In this document: positions 40,395 through 51,289 of the stretch, in pieces
How the letters are laid out: the number at the start of each line of letters is the position of its first letter
How positions within the stretch are numbered: the first letter of the stretch is position 1
NCBI GenBank assembly: GCA_965198175.1
Contig: OZ240245.1
Span: 2,784,001 to 2,848,000 of the forward strand
DNA length: 64,000 nt
Source: Candidatus Poribacteria bacterium
GTDB taxonomy: Bacteria > Poribacteria > WGA-4E > PCPOR2b
Reading direction: 5' to 3'
Program-made: the position numbers and the translations under genes
The notes under the pieces: generated by a model
What the model was told of the DNA's origin: nothing
Seen by the model: the letters and a program-made list of their open reading frames with translations, nothing else
The model's database searches: none

Positions 40395-41924
40395 TCAGGT
40401 TTTATCTATAGCTTCAACAAAGATTTTAGAACCTTCAACATCAACAACCTTAACCGACGTTTCAGAGTCAATAAAATCTCCCACCGTAATTACATCAAGT
40501 CTTTTGTCTCCAAGCCGAACGGTTCCAGACGGGCGTAGCGGTGTGAGGGCAGTCGCAGTTTTCCCGAGATAACTCTGGAAATCGTCTCTTGATGCAGAAT
40601 GATATCCTAGTTGCGAGTCCATCGCTGTTTCCAGAACAAAACGATTCCATGCGCGAGTCTTAGGCAAGACATAAGCCAGTATTATCGAGAAACCAAAGGT
40701 CAATATAACCGATACAGACAGCCAGAAGAGCGCATCCTCAAGTTCGTAAGCGTTCTTGAAGATATACAAGACGCTGCCAAATATGAAAGCGACGCCCGAG
40801 ATTCCCGCGACGCCAAACCCCGGTATGACAAATATTTCTAGCAACAGCAATCCAACCCCGAGAACAAATGCGGTCGCAGCCCATTCCGCTTCAATTTGAA
40901 GAAGCATGTGACCACCGAAAAATAAGCCAAGACATAACAGTCCAAGTATTCCGGGGACTCCGAAACCAGGAGTCCGAATTTCCACAAATAGCCCGAGCGC
41001 TCCTAATGAAAGAAGGATGGAGCTAGCCCAAGGACTCGTGATAAAGAAAACAACCTTATCTGCCAGAGTGACCGAGACCTCTTGTATGATTCCCCCTTTG
41101 AGCGACTTGATTTCTCTCACTCTAGGGGTACCGAGTTCTATCTGTTTCTGTAGGACCGCTTCTTTCGTCAACGCTATCCTCGTTCCATCAATTTCGACTA
41201 TCTCGTACATCGCCAACAAATCTTCAATTGAATCTGCCTGTCCATCAGCTAAGTTATACCGTAATGCTTCTTCCGCCGTGAGAGTCAACAGTTCACCTTC
41301 ATCGCCACCAGCAACGATCACTTCCAATTCTTCTCCAGCCTTCTTTCTATCGTTATACTTCTCAGGTCTGATTGCCTCAATTTCTCCATTTTCTCCTCGT
41401 ACGAGATAGAGACGCTTATCCACCATGGCAGCGGCAACACCTGTATTTCTTCCTTGACGTTCCGCTGTTGATTTAATGGTTGCCCGGATGTAAGAAACGA
41501 CTTTCTCGCCGAGTTCTTCCCCTTGAATCGTGACCGGTGCAGCGTCGCCAATAGTTCCTCCTGATGCCATTACAATCTGGTCACATGCAAGGGAAATGAG
41601 CGCCCCCGCAGAGATTGCCTGTCGATTCACATACGCGATTGTTGGAATCTCAGTTTCCTGGATTGCGCGGACGATTTCAACAGCCGCATCAACACGACCG
41701 CCTGGGGTGTCAACATCAAAAATTATCGCATCTGCATTAACTTCCTCACTATCTCGGATACCGTTATTGATGTAGACGCTCAACCCTCTGCCAATCTCAG
41801 TTCGTATATTGATGATGTAGACATGCGCGTCGTCCTCAAAGGCAATCAACGCAGAAATTGACAACAAACTTCCCAGAAAGATAAGTGTGTAGGCGACAAT
41901 GCGCATGTTACTTTTCACAATCAT
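40395..41924 (-). CDS. nfeD: Long NfeD/YqeZ membrane-bound ClpP-class serine protease
   Basis: DTPGG, AISAGALISLA, IGDAAP, EIRTPGFGVPG, TPLRPSG. Confidence 0.93.
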   Translation of the reverse strand: MIVKSNMRIVAYTLIFLGSLLSISALIAFEDDAHVYIINIRTEIGRGLSVYINNGIRDSEEVNADAIIFDVDTPGGRVDAAVEIVRAIQETEIPTIAYVNRQAISAGALISLACDQIVMASGGTIGDAAPVTIQGEELGEKVVSYIRATIKSTAERQGRNTGVAAAMVDKRLYLVRGENGEIEAIRPEKYNDRKKAGEELEVIVAGGDEGELLTLTAEEALRYNLADGQADSIEDLLAMYEIVEIDGTRIALTKEAVLQKQIELGTPRVREIKSLKGGIIQEVSVTLADKVVFFITSPWASSILLSLGALGLFVEIRTPGFGVPGILGLLCLGLFFGGHMLLQIEAEWAATAFVLGVGLLLLEIFVIPGFGVAGISGVAFIFGSVLYIFKNAYELEDALFWLSVSVILTFGFSIILAYVLPKTRAWNRFVLETAMDSQLGYHSASRDDFQSYLGKTATALTPLRPSGTVRLGDKRLDVITVGDFIDSETSVKVVDVEGSKIFVEAIDKT

Positions 41925-42284
41925 TATCTAAAACCCGCTTTCCCTCGTAGTATTATATCCTTGGCTAGCTTTGTTGTCAAGCGTTTTGAGACGCGAACTT
42001 CTCCAAACCCATACCGATGCCTCACGGGCAGACGCCCTGCTCATGCCGACGAAGTGACCATGTGCAATGATGGAAACACGACCTCCGTTGATTCGCCACG
42101 AGTTTTTGTTTTGGTTATAGCCGACGATTTATGCTATAATTGGGCTGTTGCCAACAGCGCCATTATCCACCACCAACTTGTGCTTGAGTAAGATACAGTA
42201 TAAGTAATACATCTCAAGGAGTGCGCCTCTGCGCAGCACTTCCGGCATAATACCTAGTGCTTGAATGAAGGAGTTTTCACCGAT

Positions 42285-45200
42285 ATGTCCATTCCGAAAC
42301 TCTCCGTGAGCAATCCTGTCCTAGCGAACCTGCTCATGATTTCTATTATCCTATTTGGCATATATTCTTGGGTTGTTCTTCCCAGAGATTTAACCCCTGA
42401 AATCTCTTTTCGAATTGCTACGGTCACGACCTTCTACCCTGGCGCCTCTTCCGAAGAGGTCGAGAAACTTGTGACCGCACCAATCGAGGAAGCAATTGAA
42501 GAGGGCGTGAATAATATTGACCTTATGCTTTCAGTTTCATCAGAAGCACGATCAGTAATCTCAGTTCAATTTGAGGAGATCGGCGACCGCGAGTTCGACA
42601 AACAATTCCAGAATCTCCGAACAGCGGTCGATAGCGTCAACAATCTCCCAGATGAAATCCCCGATGAACCTCAGGTTGTGGCGCTCGATACATCGACCGG
42701 CTTTCCGATGCTGACTATCGCTGTTGGCGGCGATATTTCAGAAAACGAGATGAAACAAGTTGCTGAAAACCTGAAAGATGAAATTCTGGAAATTAAAAAT
42801 ATCGCGACAGTCCGACTGGTGGGGTTACGTGAAAGGGAAATATGGGTTGAGGTGGATCCGGATCGTCTGAAGGCGCATAACCTTCCAATTAACGAGGTAA
42901 TCAATGCGTTGAAAGCCCATAACCTGAATCTTCCCGCAGGAACATTGGAAATCGGTGCATCTGAGTACCTGGTTCGCACGATGGGAGAGTTCGGAAACCT
43001 GAAGGACATTGAAGACACTATAATCCATGTCCGAGGAACGGGGACCCCATTGCGTGTCGGCGATATCGCGAAGGTCACCGACACCTATGAGAAACCGCGA
43101 ACCCTTTCCCATATCAACGGTGCCCCCTCCATCAGTTTGACCATCCAGAAGAAAACAGAGGGCAATACTATCAAGCTCGTCAAGCAGATACGTGAGCTTG
43201 TTGAGAGGCGAAAACGCGATATTCCAGAACTCGCAGAAATATCCGTGGTTAATGACTACTCTGTCGTCTTGAGCGAACGGCTTGGCATTCTACAAAACAA
43301 CGCCGTGTTTGGAATTATTCTTGTTGTTGTTCTCCTCTTCCTCTTTATGGGATGGCGCAATGCGCTCTTTGCAGCGTTGGGGATCCCAGTTGCGTTCATG
43401 GCGACATTCTTCTTTATGCATGCGACAGGGTATATACTCAGCGGTGTTGCGTTATTCGGTTTAATTCTCGTGGTTGGAATTGTTGTGGACGACGCAATCG
43501 TAGTGATTGAGAATGTGTTCCGTCACATTCAGCAAGGCAAGTCCCCCAAAGAAGCCGCGGTCGCTGGCGCCGAAGAAGTGGGGTGGCCTGTCCTCTCCGC
43601 AAGCTTGACTACTATTGCCGCGTTTGGACCGCTCCTGTTTATGTCCGGCGTTTCGGGTCAGTTCATGCGGGTTGTCCCTATCGTCGCCATCTTGGTGATA
43701 CTTGCATCGTTGTTAGAGGTATTCATGATTCTACCAGCTCACATCTCTGAATGGGGAAAGCCACAAAGTCGGAATCAACGACGGCACATATGGTTTGATA
43801 GGGTCCGTAAAGGCTATGTCAGAATGTTAAAATCCATGATTCGATGGCGTTATGTCGTGTTCACCAGCGTTCTGGTCTTCGGCGCTATCGTTTGTGTTAC
43901 AGCTTTCCTATTGCTGGATAAGGAACTCTTCCCTGGCGAGGATTTCCCACAATTTTACATTAAGGCGGAAATGCCAACCTCGTTCGGTTTAACGGAAACC
44001 TCCGCTGTCTTGACAAAAATCGAGGAAATTGCGATGTCCTTCCCGTCGCATGAACGGGTCGCTGTCATATCTAACATCGGTATGCTCACACCGACTTCTG
44101 GTATGGATAGCACTACCCTCCGATCGAATGCCGGCGAAGTCCTAGTAGAACTGGTACCGAAAGATCGACGGGTTCGAAGTGTGGATCAGATAATCGCATC
44201 ACTTCGTGAAAAGACTGTGGAAATCGGCGGTGTTGAAAAGCTCACATTTGACAAATTGCAAGGTGGTCCACCGCAAGGTCGAGATGTCGAAGTGAAAGTC
44301 AAAGGAGAACACTTCCGTTCCTTACAGAAGATTGCAGGATTGCTCAAGGAAGAACTTCACCAGATGGATGGTGTCTACGACATACGAGATGATTTCCTCA
44401 CCGGCAAAGCTGAACTTCAAATTCGAATCCACGAGGAAAAAGCACATCAATACGGCTTAAATGTTTTCCAAATCGCCTACACAATACGCAATGCTCTCGA
44501 AGGAAACAGCACTACCACATATCGTGATGCGGACGAATCGACTGATGTGGTTGTGAAGTACGATCAGAGCAGTCTGCGGACACTTACCGATCTTCAGAAC
44601 CTCCTAATCGCAACCCCGAACGGAACTATTGTACCGTTAAAGGATGTGGCAGAGGTGCGAGAGAAACAAGGATATATGGAAATCCGACGTTTTGAAAACG
44701 AACGCGCAATTACCGTGTTTGCCAGCGTGGAAAAGGAAAAGACAACTGCTGTTGAAGTCAACCAAGCACTGATTCAAGCTTTCAGCAACATCGGGTCGAT
44801 GTTTCCCGGCTATCGACTTGACTTTCGCGGTGTATTCGACCAAATTAACGAATCGTTCGCTGAACTTGTGAAACTGTTTGTCGTTGGTCTGTTAATAATC
44901 TATGTGATTTTAGGTACACAGTTCAAATCATTCCTTCAACCGATTATCATCCTTTTTGCCGTGCCGTTTGGAATTATCGGTGCGATGGTTGGATTGTTAG
45001 CAGTAGGCTCGACATTAAGCATGGTTGCCATGTTCGGAATTGTCGCACTAGCAGGAATCGTCATCAATGACTCCATTGTATACATAGACTTCATAAACAG
45101 ATATCGCGACCGCGGCTACAATAAGTGGCGAGCAATCCTAAAAGCCGGAAGCATCCGTTTACGACCTATCATCTTGACCTCCGTTACAACCATCTTCGGT

Positions 45201-45431
45201 TTAATTCCGATGGCGACCGGACTTGGCGGTAAGTCTCCGATTTGGATGCCGTTGGCAAGCACGATTATTTTTGGGCTTTCTGCCGCTACTCTTCTGACGC
45301 TATTTGTCATGCCAGCCTTGTACGCGATTATAGCTGACCTTCGCGCTCTATTCATTAGGCAGGATCGCCGAATATCTGTGCCTGTAGTTGAGGAAATTCC
45401 AACCTATGTAGGGGTGCCTGCGGATGATTGA
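42285..45431 (+). CDS. RND efflux transporter permease (AcrB/CzcA family)
   Basis: NPVLANLL, YPGASSEEVE, GIVVDDAIVVIEN, RLRPIILTSVTT; AAGGAG before ATG 42285. Confidence 0.96.
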   Translation: MSIPKLSVSNPVLANLLMISIILFGIYSWVVLPRDLTPEISFRIATVTTFYPGASSEEVEKLVTAPIEEAIEEGVNNIDLMLSVSSEARSVISVQFEEIGDREFDKQFQNLRTAVDSVNNLPDEIPDEPQVVALDTSTGFPMLTIAVGGDISENEMKQVAENLKDEILEIKNIATVRLVGLREREIWVEVDPDRLKAHNLPINEVINALKAHNLNLPAGTLEIGASEYLVRTMGEFGNLKDIEDTIIHVRGTGTPLRVGDIAKVTDTYEKPRTLSHINGAPSISLTIQKKTEGNTIKLVKQIRELVERRKRDIPELAEISVVNDYSVVLSERLGILQNNAVFGIILVVVLLFLFMGWRNALFAALGIPVAFMATFFFMHATGYILSGVALFGLILVVGIVVDDAIVVIENVFRHIQQGKSPKEAAVAGAEEVGWPVLSASLTTIAAFGPLLFMSGVSGQFMRVVPIVAILVILASLLEVFMILPAHISEWGKPQSRNQRRHIWFDRVRKGYVRMLKSMIRWRYVVFTSVLVFGAIVCVTAFLLLDKELFPGEDFPQFYIKAEMPTSFGLTETSAVLTKIEEIAMSFPSHERVAVISNIGMLTPTSGMDSTTLRSNAGEVLVELVPKDRRVRSVDQIIASLREKTVEIGGVEKLTFDKLQGGPPQGRDVEVKVKGEHFRSLQKIAGLLKEELHQMDGVYDIRDDFLTGKAELQIRIHEEKAHQYGLNVFQIAYTIRNALEGNSTTTYRDADESTDVVVKYDQSSLRTLTDLQNLLIATPNGTIVPLKDVAEVREKQGYMEIRRFENERAITVFASVEKEKTTAVEVNQALIQAFSNIGSMFPGYRLDFRGVFDQINESFAELVKLFVVGLLIIYVILGTQFKSFLQPIIILFAVPFGIIGAMVGLLAVGSTLSMVAMFGIVALAGIVINDSIVYIDFINRYRDRGYNKWRAILKAGSIRLRPIILTSVTTIFGLIPMATGLGGKSPIWMPLASTIIFGLSAATLLTLFVMPALYAIIADLRALFIRQDRRISVPVVEEIPTYVGVPADD

Positions 45432-45595
45432 AACGTGATGCGTGTTTGCAAGTCAAAAATCGCTTACATCCAATTGCCAACCCTAAAGGTACAGATTTCT
45501 CCGGTTTCGATTCGCTTGCCGGATTCTACGAATTCCGAGTTTGAAAACTCCGGTATAGTATAAATATACCTAATCTCATCTGAAAACAAAAAGGA

Positions 45596-46576
45596 ATGTC
45601 TGAAAGACAAGTTGCAATTGATGCCGTTCTGAAGGCGATTCAATTATGTCAGCGGGTGCAAGCCGAAATGGTGCATACCGATTCGGTTGACAAGCCTGAT
45701 GGGAGTCCCGTAACTGTCGCAGACTTCGGATCGCAAGCGCTAATCTGCCAGATGATTGGTGAAACGTTTCCACAAGATGCTATCGTTGCAGAAGAGGACT
45801 CCCAAGCATTGCGGAGAGACCCACGCCTTCTAGAACGGGTAGTCGCTTTCGTTTCTCAACTGACAGATCGAACATCGCCTCAAGTCGTCTGCGATTGGAT
45901 AGATCGGGGTCGAGGCGCAATTGGTCAACGCTTCTGGACGTTGGATCCAATTGATGGGACGAAAGGATTCCTACGCGGAGATCAATATGCCATCGCGCTC
46001 GCATTGATTGTCAATGGGGAAGCACAACTTGGTGTGCTGGGATGTCCGAATCTCCCGAAACAGTGGAAAATGGCACGAGAGGAACGTGGCTGCCTCTTTG
46101 TGGCTGCAAGAGGCAATGGGACGCAGATGATTTCCCTAGATGGTCGTCTCAATGAACCGGTTCGTGTTTCTCATACCGTTCACCGTCTTGCAGAAAGTTT
46201 CGAATCAGCTCATGGAGATCGCGCTGCGCATGTTTCCATAGCCCGTCATCTCCGGATTACCAATCCCCCGATTCGGGTGGATGGTCAGACGAAATATGGT
46301 CTAGTCGCACATGGGGATGCATCGGTTTATATTCGTCTTCCGAATCCAGCGGCGCCTGATCGCCGGGAATGTATCTGGGATCACGCCGCAGGACTAATCG
46401 TGGTCGAGGAGGCGGGTGGAAAGGTAAGCGATGCAGACGGGCGTCGGCTCGACTTCCTTCAAGGACGGCGGCTTACTGCTAATCGTGGGATTGTGGCAAC
46501 TAATAACGCATTGCACCCCCAAGTGCTTGAAGGCGTGCGGCTACATTGGAATCCTGAAGGCGATTCTTCATTATGA
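45596..46576 (+). CDS. 3'(2'),5'-bisphosphate nucleotidase (HAL2-like)
   Basis: KPDGSPVTVADF, AEED, WTLDPIDGTKGFLRG, GCPNLP, IWDHAAG. Confidence 0.94.
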   Translation: MSERQVAIDAVLKAIQLCQRVQAEMVHTDSVDKPDGSPVTVADFGSQALICQMIGETFPQDAIVAEEDSQALRRDPRLLERVVAFVSQLTDRTSPQVVCDWIDRGRGAIGQRFWTLDPIDGTKGFLRGDQYAIALALIVNGEAQLGVLGCPNLPKQWKMAREERGCLFVAARGNGTQMISLDGRLNEPVRVSHTVHRLAESFESAHGDRAAHVSIARHLRITNPPIRVDGQTKYGLVAHGDASVYIRLPNPAAPDRRECIWDHAAGLIVVEEAGGKVSDADGRRLDFLQGRRLTANRGIVATNNALHPQVLEGVRLHWNPEGDSSL

Positions 46577-46634
46577 AAATTCAATCATGGGGACATTAGA
46601 TAGGGCGTAACTGAAAGTAAGCGTTGCACAATTG

Positions 46635-47333
46635 TCATGTTCCCAATCGCGTTTGCCTCAACAAGTCGTAACCTTCCAAAATCTGTGTGCAGTTGTTCTC
46701 ACCGATGATATCGGCACCGGCTTCGAGCATCGCAAGTGCCTTCTCCGTCGTCGCAATGTGGCCGCCCGCAGCCTTGACTCCGAAATCTGACCCAACAGCA
46801 TCTCGGAGAATGCGAACGTGGTCGAGTGTGCACCCGCCGCGCCAGCCGGTCGAAGTCTTCACGAAATCAGCTCCCGATTCTTTCACCAGCTTGGCTGCAG
46901 CCGTAATCTCCGCTGTGGAGAGCATTGTAGTCTCAACGATAAACTTAACCTCGACATCGGGATTCGCCTGCCGAGCCGCATTGACCATCTCCCTTAACTC
47001 GCGCCGAACGTATTCGAGATTGCCGGCTCGCAGTGCAGGATAGTTAATCATGCAGTCGATACTGTCTGCCCCCTTTTCCACCATCATCTTGGCTTCTAAA
47101 ACTTTCACTTCGGGCGGCGCAAACCCACTGGGAAAAGCCACGATCCCCACGATGGGTATACCGCTGCCTTCCATTTCACGCTTTATGACATCCATCATAT
47201 ACCAAGTAGCACACATGGCTCGCAGTCCATACTTCTTGGCTTCTCTACAGCGCAAAATCCAGCCCTCTTCTAACTCTTCGGCTTCTCTGCACCCGAGCTC
47301 CAGCGATTTCGCTAGCTGTTCTCTGGTAATCAT
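46635..47333 (-). CDS. deoC: Deoxyribose-phosphate aldolase family
   Basis: AFPSG, KFIVET, ADFVKTSTG and VKAAGG are present; N-terminus divergent (no IDHTLL). Confidence 0.85.
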   Translation of the reverse strand: MITREQLAKSLELGCREAEELEEGWILRCREAKKYGLRAMCATWYMMDVIKREMEGSGIPIVGIVAFPSGFAPPEVKVLEAKMMVEKGADSIDCMINYPALRAGNLEYVRRELREMVNAARQANPDVEVKFIVETTMLSTAEITAAAKLVKESGADFVKTSTGWRGGCTLDHVRILRDAVGSDFGVKAAGGHIATTEKALAMLEAGADIIGENNCTQILEGYDLLRQTRLGT

Positions 47334-47441
47334 TATCGTTTTCCTTTCAAATCTCTTGAGACTCAGCATATTTTTCACGTTTCACGTTTTTATTCTGGAT
47401 GTACTACGGTACAAATCTTCCCTAAATATAATCATCGACGG

Positions 47442-48962
47442 TCACTCGCTTGGCCAAATCGGCTCCATATCCCATGCGTCGAGTGAGATGAGCTTCGCCG
47501 ACCCGCCACGCGCAAATATAGCGACGTGTACACTGTCAATCTCAGAGGGATATATGCGCTTCGTCAAACACTGTCGCTCGTTGGCAAATACTTCAATTAC
47601 CGACCGATCGAGAAAAATCCGAAGCCGCAGAGGTTCGTTTTGAGTGAGTGTCATAGGGGCAGCCTGTTCCTCAAAATCTACGACATCCGGGTTTTGACTT
47701 GATTGGCTTACGTCGATCTTGATCTGGCGATCCGGAACCATATAACTCACAAGGGTCTGCTCTGTGCCATCCGAAGAATACCGTAGCGCAAGTCCACATT
47801 CTCGCGCCGTTCCCGGTTCAATAACGGCGTCAATCTCAAGAACGTCATTGCCTATACCATCAAGTCCAACCGCCTCATCAGGCGAAACAAATATCTCAGA
47901 TACACGGCGATGACGGCGCCTTAGCTTATCAATCTCTGCGATCGGCTCGATTCGCAACACTCCGCTGTCGGTGAAGGACAGAACCCTGGGAAGCGCCATA
48001 ATACCACACCACCCGGCAGCTTGCTGTACGGAGAATCGCCGCCCTTCACCAATCCACGAAAACAGTATGCGCCGCCCGTCCGGTGCCTCCAGCGTCGCCG
48101 GAGCAATGTAATTTCCAGATTCCATCGTGACACCAATCGTGGGATTGTGGTTGAGGCGGCTGTGTTGCTCTGGGCGAAACTTTTTCTTCGAGGGCGAATA
48201 TTCCCCTAGATAGTATTGCGCGCCGTGTTTGTGACTAGAGAAGATGAGCATGTGCTTGTCTCCGATAGAGAAAAAGTCGGGGACAGCACAATCCTCATCG
48301 ACCTCTGTCCAACTCCGCTTCCCCTCGTAAAACTCGTGCTGATATTCCCAGTGAATGAAATCCGTGGAGGTAAGTAGAAAAGCCGTGTCCCCATGTTCGG
48401 TACGGCCGCCACAGATTAGATGCCAGAGATCGCCATATTTCCAAACGCAAGGGTCAAAAGGCTTCCACCGCGCCCCCGCTGGCGGGGGCGGGATGACGGG
48501 GTTGCCCTCAAATTTTTCCCAATGGCTGAGCGTCGTATCCGCCGGGTGACAGCGGGCAATACAAATCCCCGCCGGATTGCCGAAGTAAACCGCGGTGGGT
48601 ACACCATCAACGATGACAATTTGCCCGCTCCAACAACCATCTCTATCCGGTCCGCCAGGCGTCGGCAAGAGAGCCACCGGTAAATCCGTCCAATGAACAA
48701 GGTCCTCGCTCACGGCATGACCCCAATGCATATTGGCGTCTTCCACTTCGTAGGGATTGTTCTGATAAAACAGGTGATACCGCCCCTGCCAGTAGAGCGG
48801 ACCATTGGGGTCCTTGAGGAGGTTGGCTGGCGCCGCATAATGATAGAGCGGTCGATTAGAATCCCCAGCGAGTCGACGCCGTGATTCCAGCACAGCCGCC
48901 GGGAGATTTAGCGGTGCGACCGACTGGACGTGCATGCCTTTGGTCATATCTCCGTTGCTCAT
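47442..48962 (-). CDS. Glycoside hydrolase family 32 with atypical catalytic motifs
   Basis: RPLYHY...DPNG, YHLFYQ, HWGHAVSEDLVHW, GCWSG, LDRSVIEVF. Confidence 0.9.
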   Translation of the reverse strand: MSNGDMTKGMHVQSVAPLNLPAAVLESRRRLAGDSNRPLYHYAAPANLLKDPNGPLYWQGRYHLFYQNNPYEVEDANMHWGHAVSEDLVHWTDLPVALLPTPGGPDRDGCWSGQIVIVDGVPTAVYFGNPAGICIARCHPADTTLSHWEKFEGNPVIPPPPAGARWKPFDPCVWKYGDLWHLICGGRTEHGDTAFLLTSTDFIHWEYQHEFYEGKRSWTEVDEDCAVPDFFSIGDKHMLIFSSHKHGAQYYLGEYSPSKKKFRPEQHSRLNHNPTIGVTMESGNYIAPATLEAPDGRRILFSWIGEGRRFSVQQAAGWCGIMALPRVLSFTDSGVLRIEPIAEIDKLRRRHRRVSEIFVSPDEAVGLDGIGNDVLEIDAVIEPGTARECGLALRYSSDGTEQTLVSYMVPDRQIKIDVSQSSQNPDVVDFEEQAAPMTLTQNEPLRLRIFLDRSVIEVFANERQCLTKRIYPSEIDSVHVAIFARGGSAKLISLDAWDMEPIWPSE

Positions 48963-49318
48963 TTTCACCTCTTGTCGAATGAAACATCTATGCCGCTAAG
49001 CATCCTCAATCGCGTAGATTTGGCGCTCCGCATCCTTAAATTGATCGGTATGCCTCAATCGTTTTAGATTCCATTTATGCTCTGAGTAGGTTACAGAATA
49101 GCCAACATTATAGCACGATTATGAGAAAACTTAACAGAAAATTCACGGCAAGTAGAACACGGGCTTTCATAGAGAAGCTGTCCTGACAGGGCACACACAA
49201 GCAGTCTCATCACAAGTTAAAGCGTTCAAGAAACATGCTCTCCCTTGCCAAGCGGGAGCGAGAAGGGGTTAGGTTATTACACCCAACCCTTGAGTATCTA
49301 GAATCCGGTGCATTATGT

Positions 49319-49347
49319 TTGCAATATTTTCCAATGTATAGTATAAT
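49319..49347 (+). promoter_or_regulatory. Sigma70-type promoter of the LamG/PhyH cluster
   Basis: TTGCAA-17 nt-TATAAT. Confidence 0.6.
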
Positions 49348-49517
49348 TTAGTGGGTCGCAATATTTTGCGCGACATAAGATTGTATGAATACATGAGTGC
49401 TAATAGGAATTTGCGCAATTTTGTTACCCATTAGTTGTACGATTTGTGCATCTAGCTTCACATAGTTGGGTAAGCTGATTCAAACCGAAGGTGGCAAAAA
49501 AATGAAAGGGGTTCTGT

Positions 49518-50360
49518 ATGAAACGGCTATTCGGCACACTGTTATCGGCGGGTCTGGTGCTCATTGGGATGAGTGCTTATAGCATTGATCGGAATAACAT
49601 CCTTGTTCACTGGTCATTCGACGAACTTGATGGAGAGATATTCAAAGATGAATCGGGCAATGGCCACGATGGAAGACTCGATGGCGATGGCGAACTTGTC
49701 GATGGGAGAATCAACAAAGCTGTCCATCTGACCGGTGGCTACGTCACGTTGGCTTCGGGAATAGGTGATGTTGTCGAGTCTGTGGGTGACACGGGCGAAA
49801 TCACTATGGAAGCATCGATTTTCTTAAGCGCCCACGACGCGTGGGATGGGGTTATCTCAATTGGTGAAGGGGACGAAAACGGACCGCTTGAGGGAAACAG
49901 AGCAATCATTTTCCGAATGATGGTCTCCCCCGAGCTCGAGCCATACTGGAACATAGGATTTCGAGCGGACCACAGATTCCAAGAATTCGTGTTCGAGTTG
50001 GACACATGGTATCACTATGTGATCACTGGCGATAGCGTAACTAGCAAAATTTACATCGACGGCGAGCTAATCGTAGATGACCCACATGTGAACCATGCGG
50101 TACCGGAGGACTTCGCATTTGCGAAGTATACAGATGTATTCATGTTCGTTGGTGCGGGCGAGGCACCCCACGTCTGGAGGTTTGAAGACGCAATCGTTGA
50201 TGAAGTCGCAGTTTACAACAAGGTGCTTACCGAAGGTGAAATCAACGATTTGATGGTAAAAGGACTTCACGGTGTCATCGCTGCAGTCGATCCGCAAGAC
50301 AAGTTAGCCTCACGCTGGGGGGAAATCAAGATGCAACGCCATGTAGAACCTCAACGATGA
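49518..50360 (+). CDS. Secreted LamG-like jellyroll protein
   Basis: Signal peptide, HWSFDE, KDESGNG, WYHY, IYIDG, DEVAVYNKVL; tail VDPQDKLASRWGEIK. Confidence 0.9.
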   Translation: MKRLFGTLLSAGLVLIGMSAYSIDRNNILVHWSFDELDGEIFKDESGNGHDGRLDGDGELVDGRINKAVHLTGGYVTLASGIGDVVESVGDTGEITMEASIFLSAHDAWDGVISIGEGDENGPLEGNRAIIFRMMVSPELEPYWNIGFRADHRFQEFVFELDTWYHYVITGDSVTSKIYIDGELIVDDPHVNHAVPEDFAFAKYTDVFMFVGAGEAPHVWRFEDAIVDEVAVYNKVLTEGEINDLMVKGLHGVIAAVDPQDKLASRWGEIKMQRHVEPQR

Positions 50361-50396
50361 GTTTTTACATTCATATCCAGTAACCATTTATTTATT

Positions 50397-50425
50397 TGTA
50401 GTGGCGGGCATCTCCCGCCACTACA
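50397..50425. repeat. GTAG-type REP-like hairpin
   Basis: Perfect 12-bp stem TGTAGTGGCGGG-CATCT-CCCGCCACTACA. Confidence 0.6.
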
Positions 50426-50491
50426 GAACGTCAATTGTCGGACAATACCGACAGAAGGTTTAAGATCTACACCGAGTTATAGTAGGGTGCT

Positions 50492-51289
50492 ATGAACACA
50501 TATGACTGTGAACCCACACTGACCGATACACAAGTACTGGAGTTCTGCAAACAGGGCTTCTTGATGTTGGAGGGCGTCGTGCCCGATGAAATCAACCACA
50601 AGGCGTTTGAATATCTGGAGGAGCACACCGAGCACGGTTGTTCTGTTGGAAGTATAGATGGGGCTATTGAGAACGTGCTGCTTAACCCACACGCCACTGG
50701 GGCAATCCGATCTCTTTTAGGTAAGAACTTTACCGTTCCCCCAGACTTGTACGGTCCTGGTAATCAGATAAAGTGTCCGATGCCGGCAGGACCGTGGCAC
50801 GTAGATGGCGGCGCTGTGTTTGGTCCCCAACTCGACTGCCTACAGGTTTTCTACATACCGCAAGATACGCCGCGGGAACTAGGACCGACCGATGTGTTGC
50901 CGGGCTCCCATTTCCTCATCGCCGACGGCATTCCTTCCATGGCACACTACGGCAGTATTCGGGGTGCGGTCTCAACAACGGGCCCGGCGGGCTCCATTTT
51001 CCTTACCGCCTATCCAATGTGGCACCGCCGCGGCGCGTCCACTGCAAAGGGCGTCCGCAACCTGTTGAAGTATTCGTATAAACGAACCGTGCCGCCGGAG
51101 CGTGACTGGATTCGTGAGCCGGACTTCCAGCCCCGACGTGCCAAGGATGCACCGCCGCGGCTCAAGTTCCATCGAGAACACCAACGAGCCATCTATGATG
51201 CAGCCGAAATGTTCTACTGGTTGTGCGGTAAGCACAGCGAATATCATTCGACCAGCCGGAACAACTTCCCTGTTCACCATGCTAGCTAA
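50492..51289 (+). CDS. PhyH family dioxygenase (CEPTL subfamily)
   Basis: EFCKQGFL, WHVD, GPTDVLPGSH, AGSIFL, WHR. Confidence 0.9.
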   Translation: MNTYDCEPTLTDTQVLEFCKQGFLMLEGVVPDEINHKAFEYLEEHTEHGCSVGSIDGAIENVLLNPHATGAIRSLLGKNFTVPPDLYGPGNQIKCPMPAGPWHVDGGAVFGPQLDCLQVFYIPQDTPRELGPTDVLPGSHFLIADGIPSMAHYGSIRGAVSTTGPAGSIFLTAYPMWHRRGASTAKGVRNLLKYSYKRTVPPERDWIREPDFQPRRAKDAPPRLKFHREHQRAIYDAAEMFYWLCGKHSEYHSTSRNNFPVHHAS

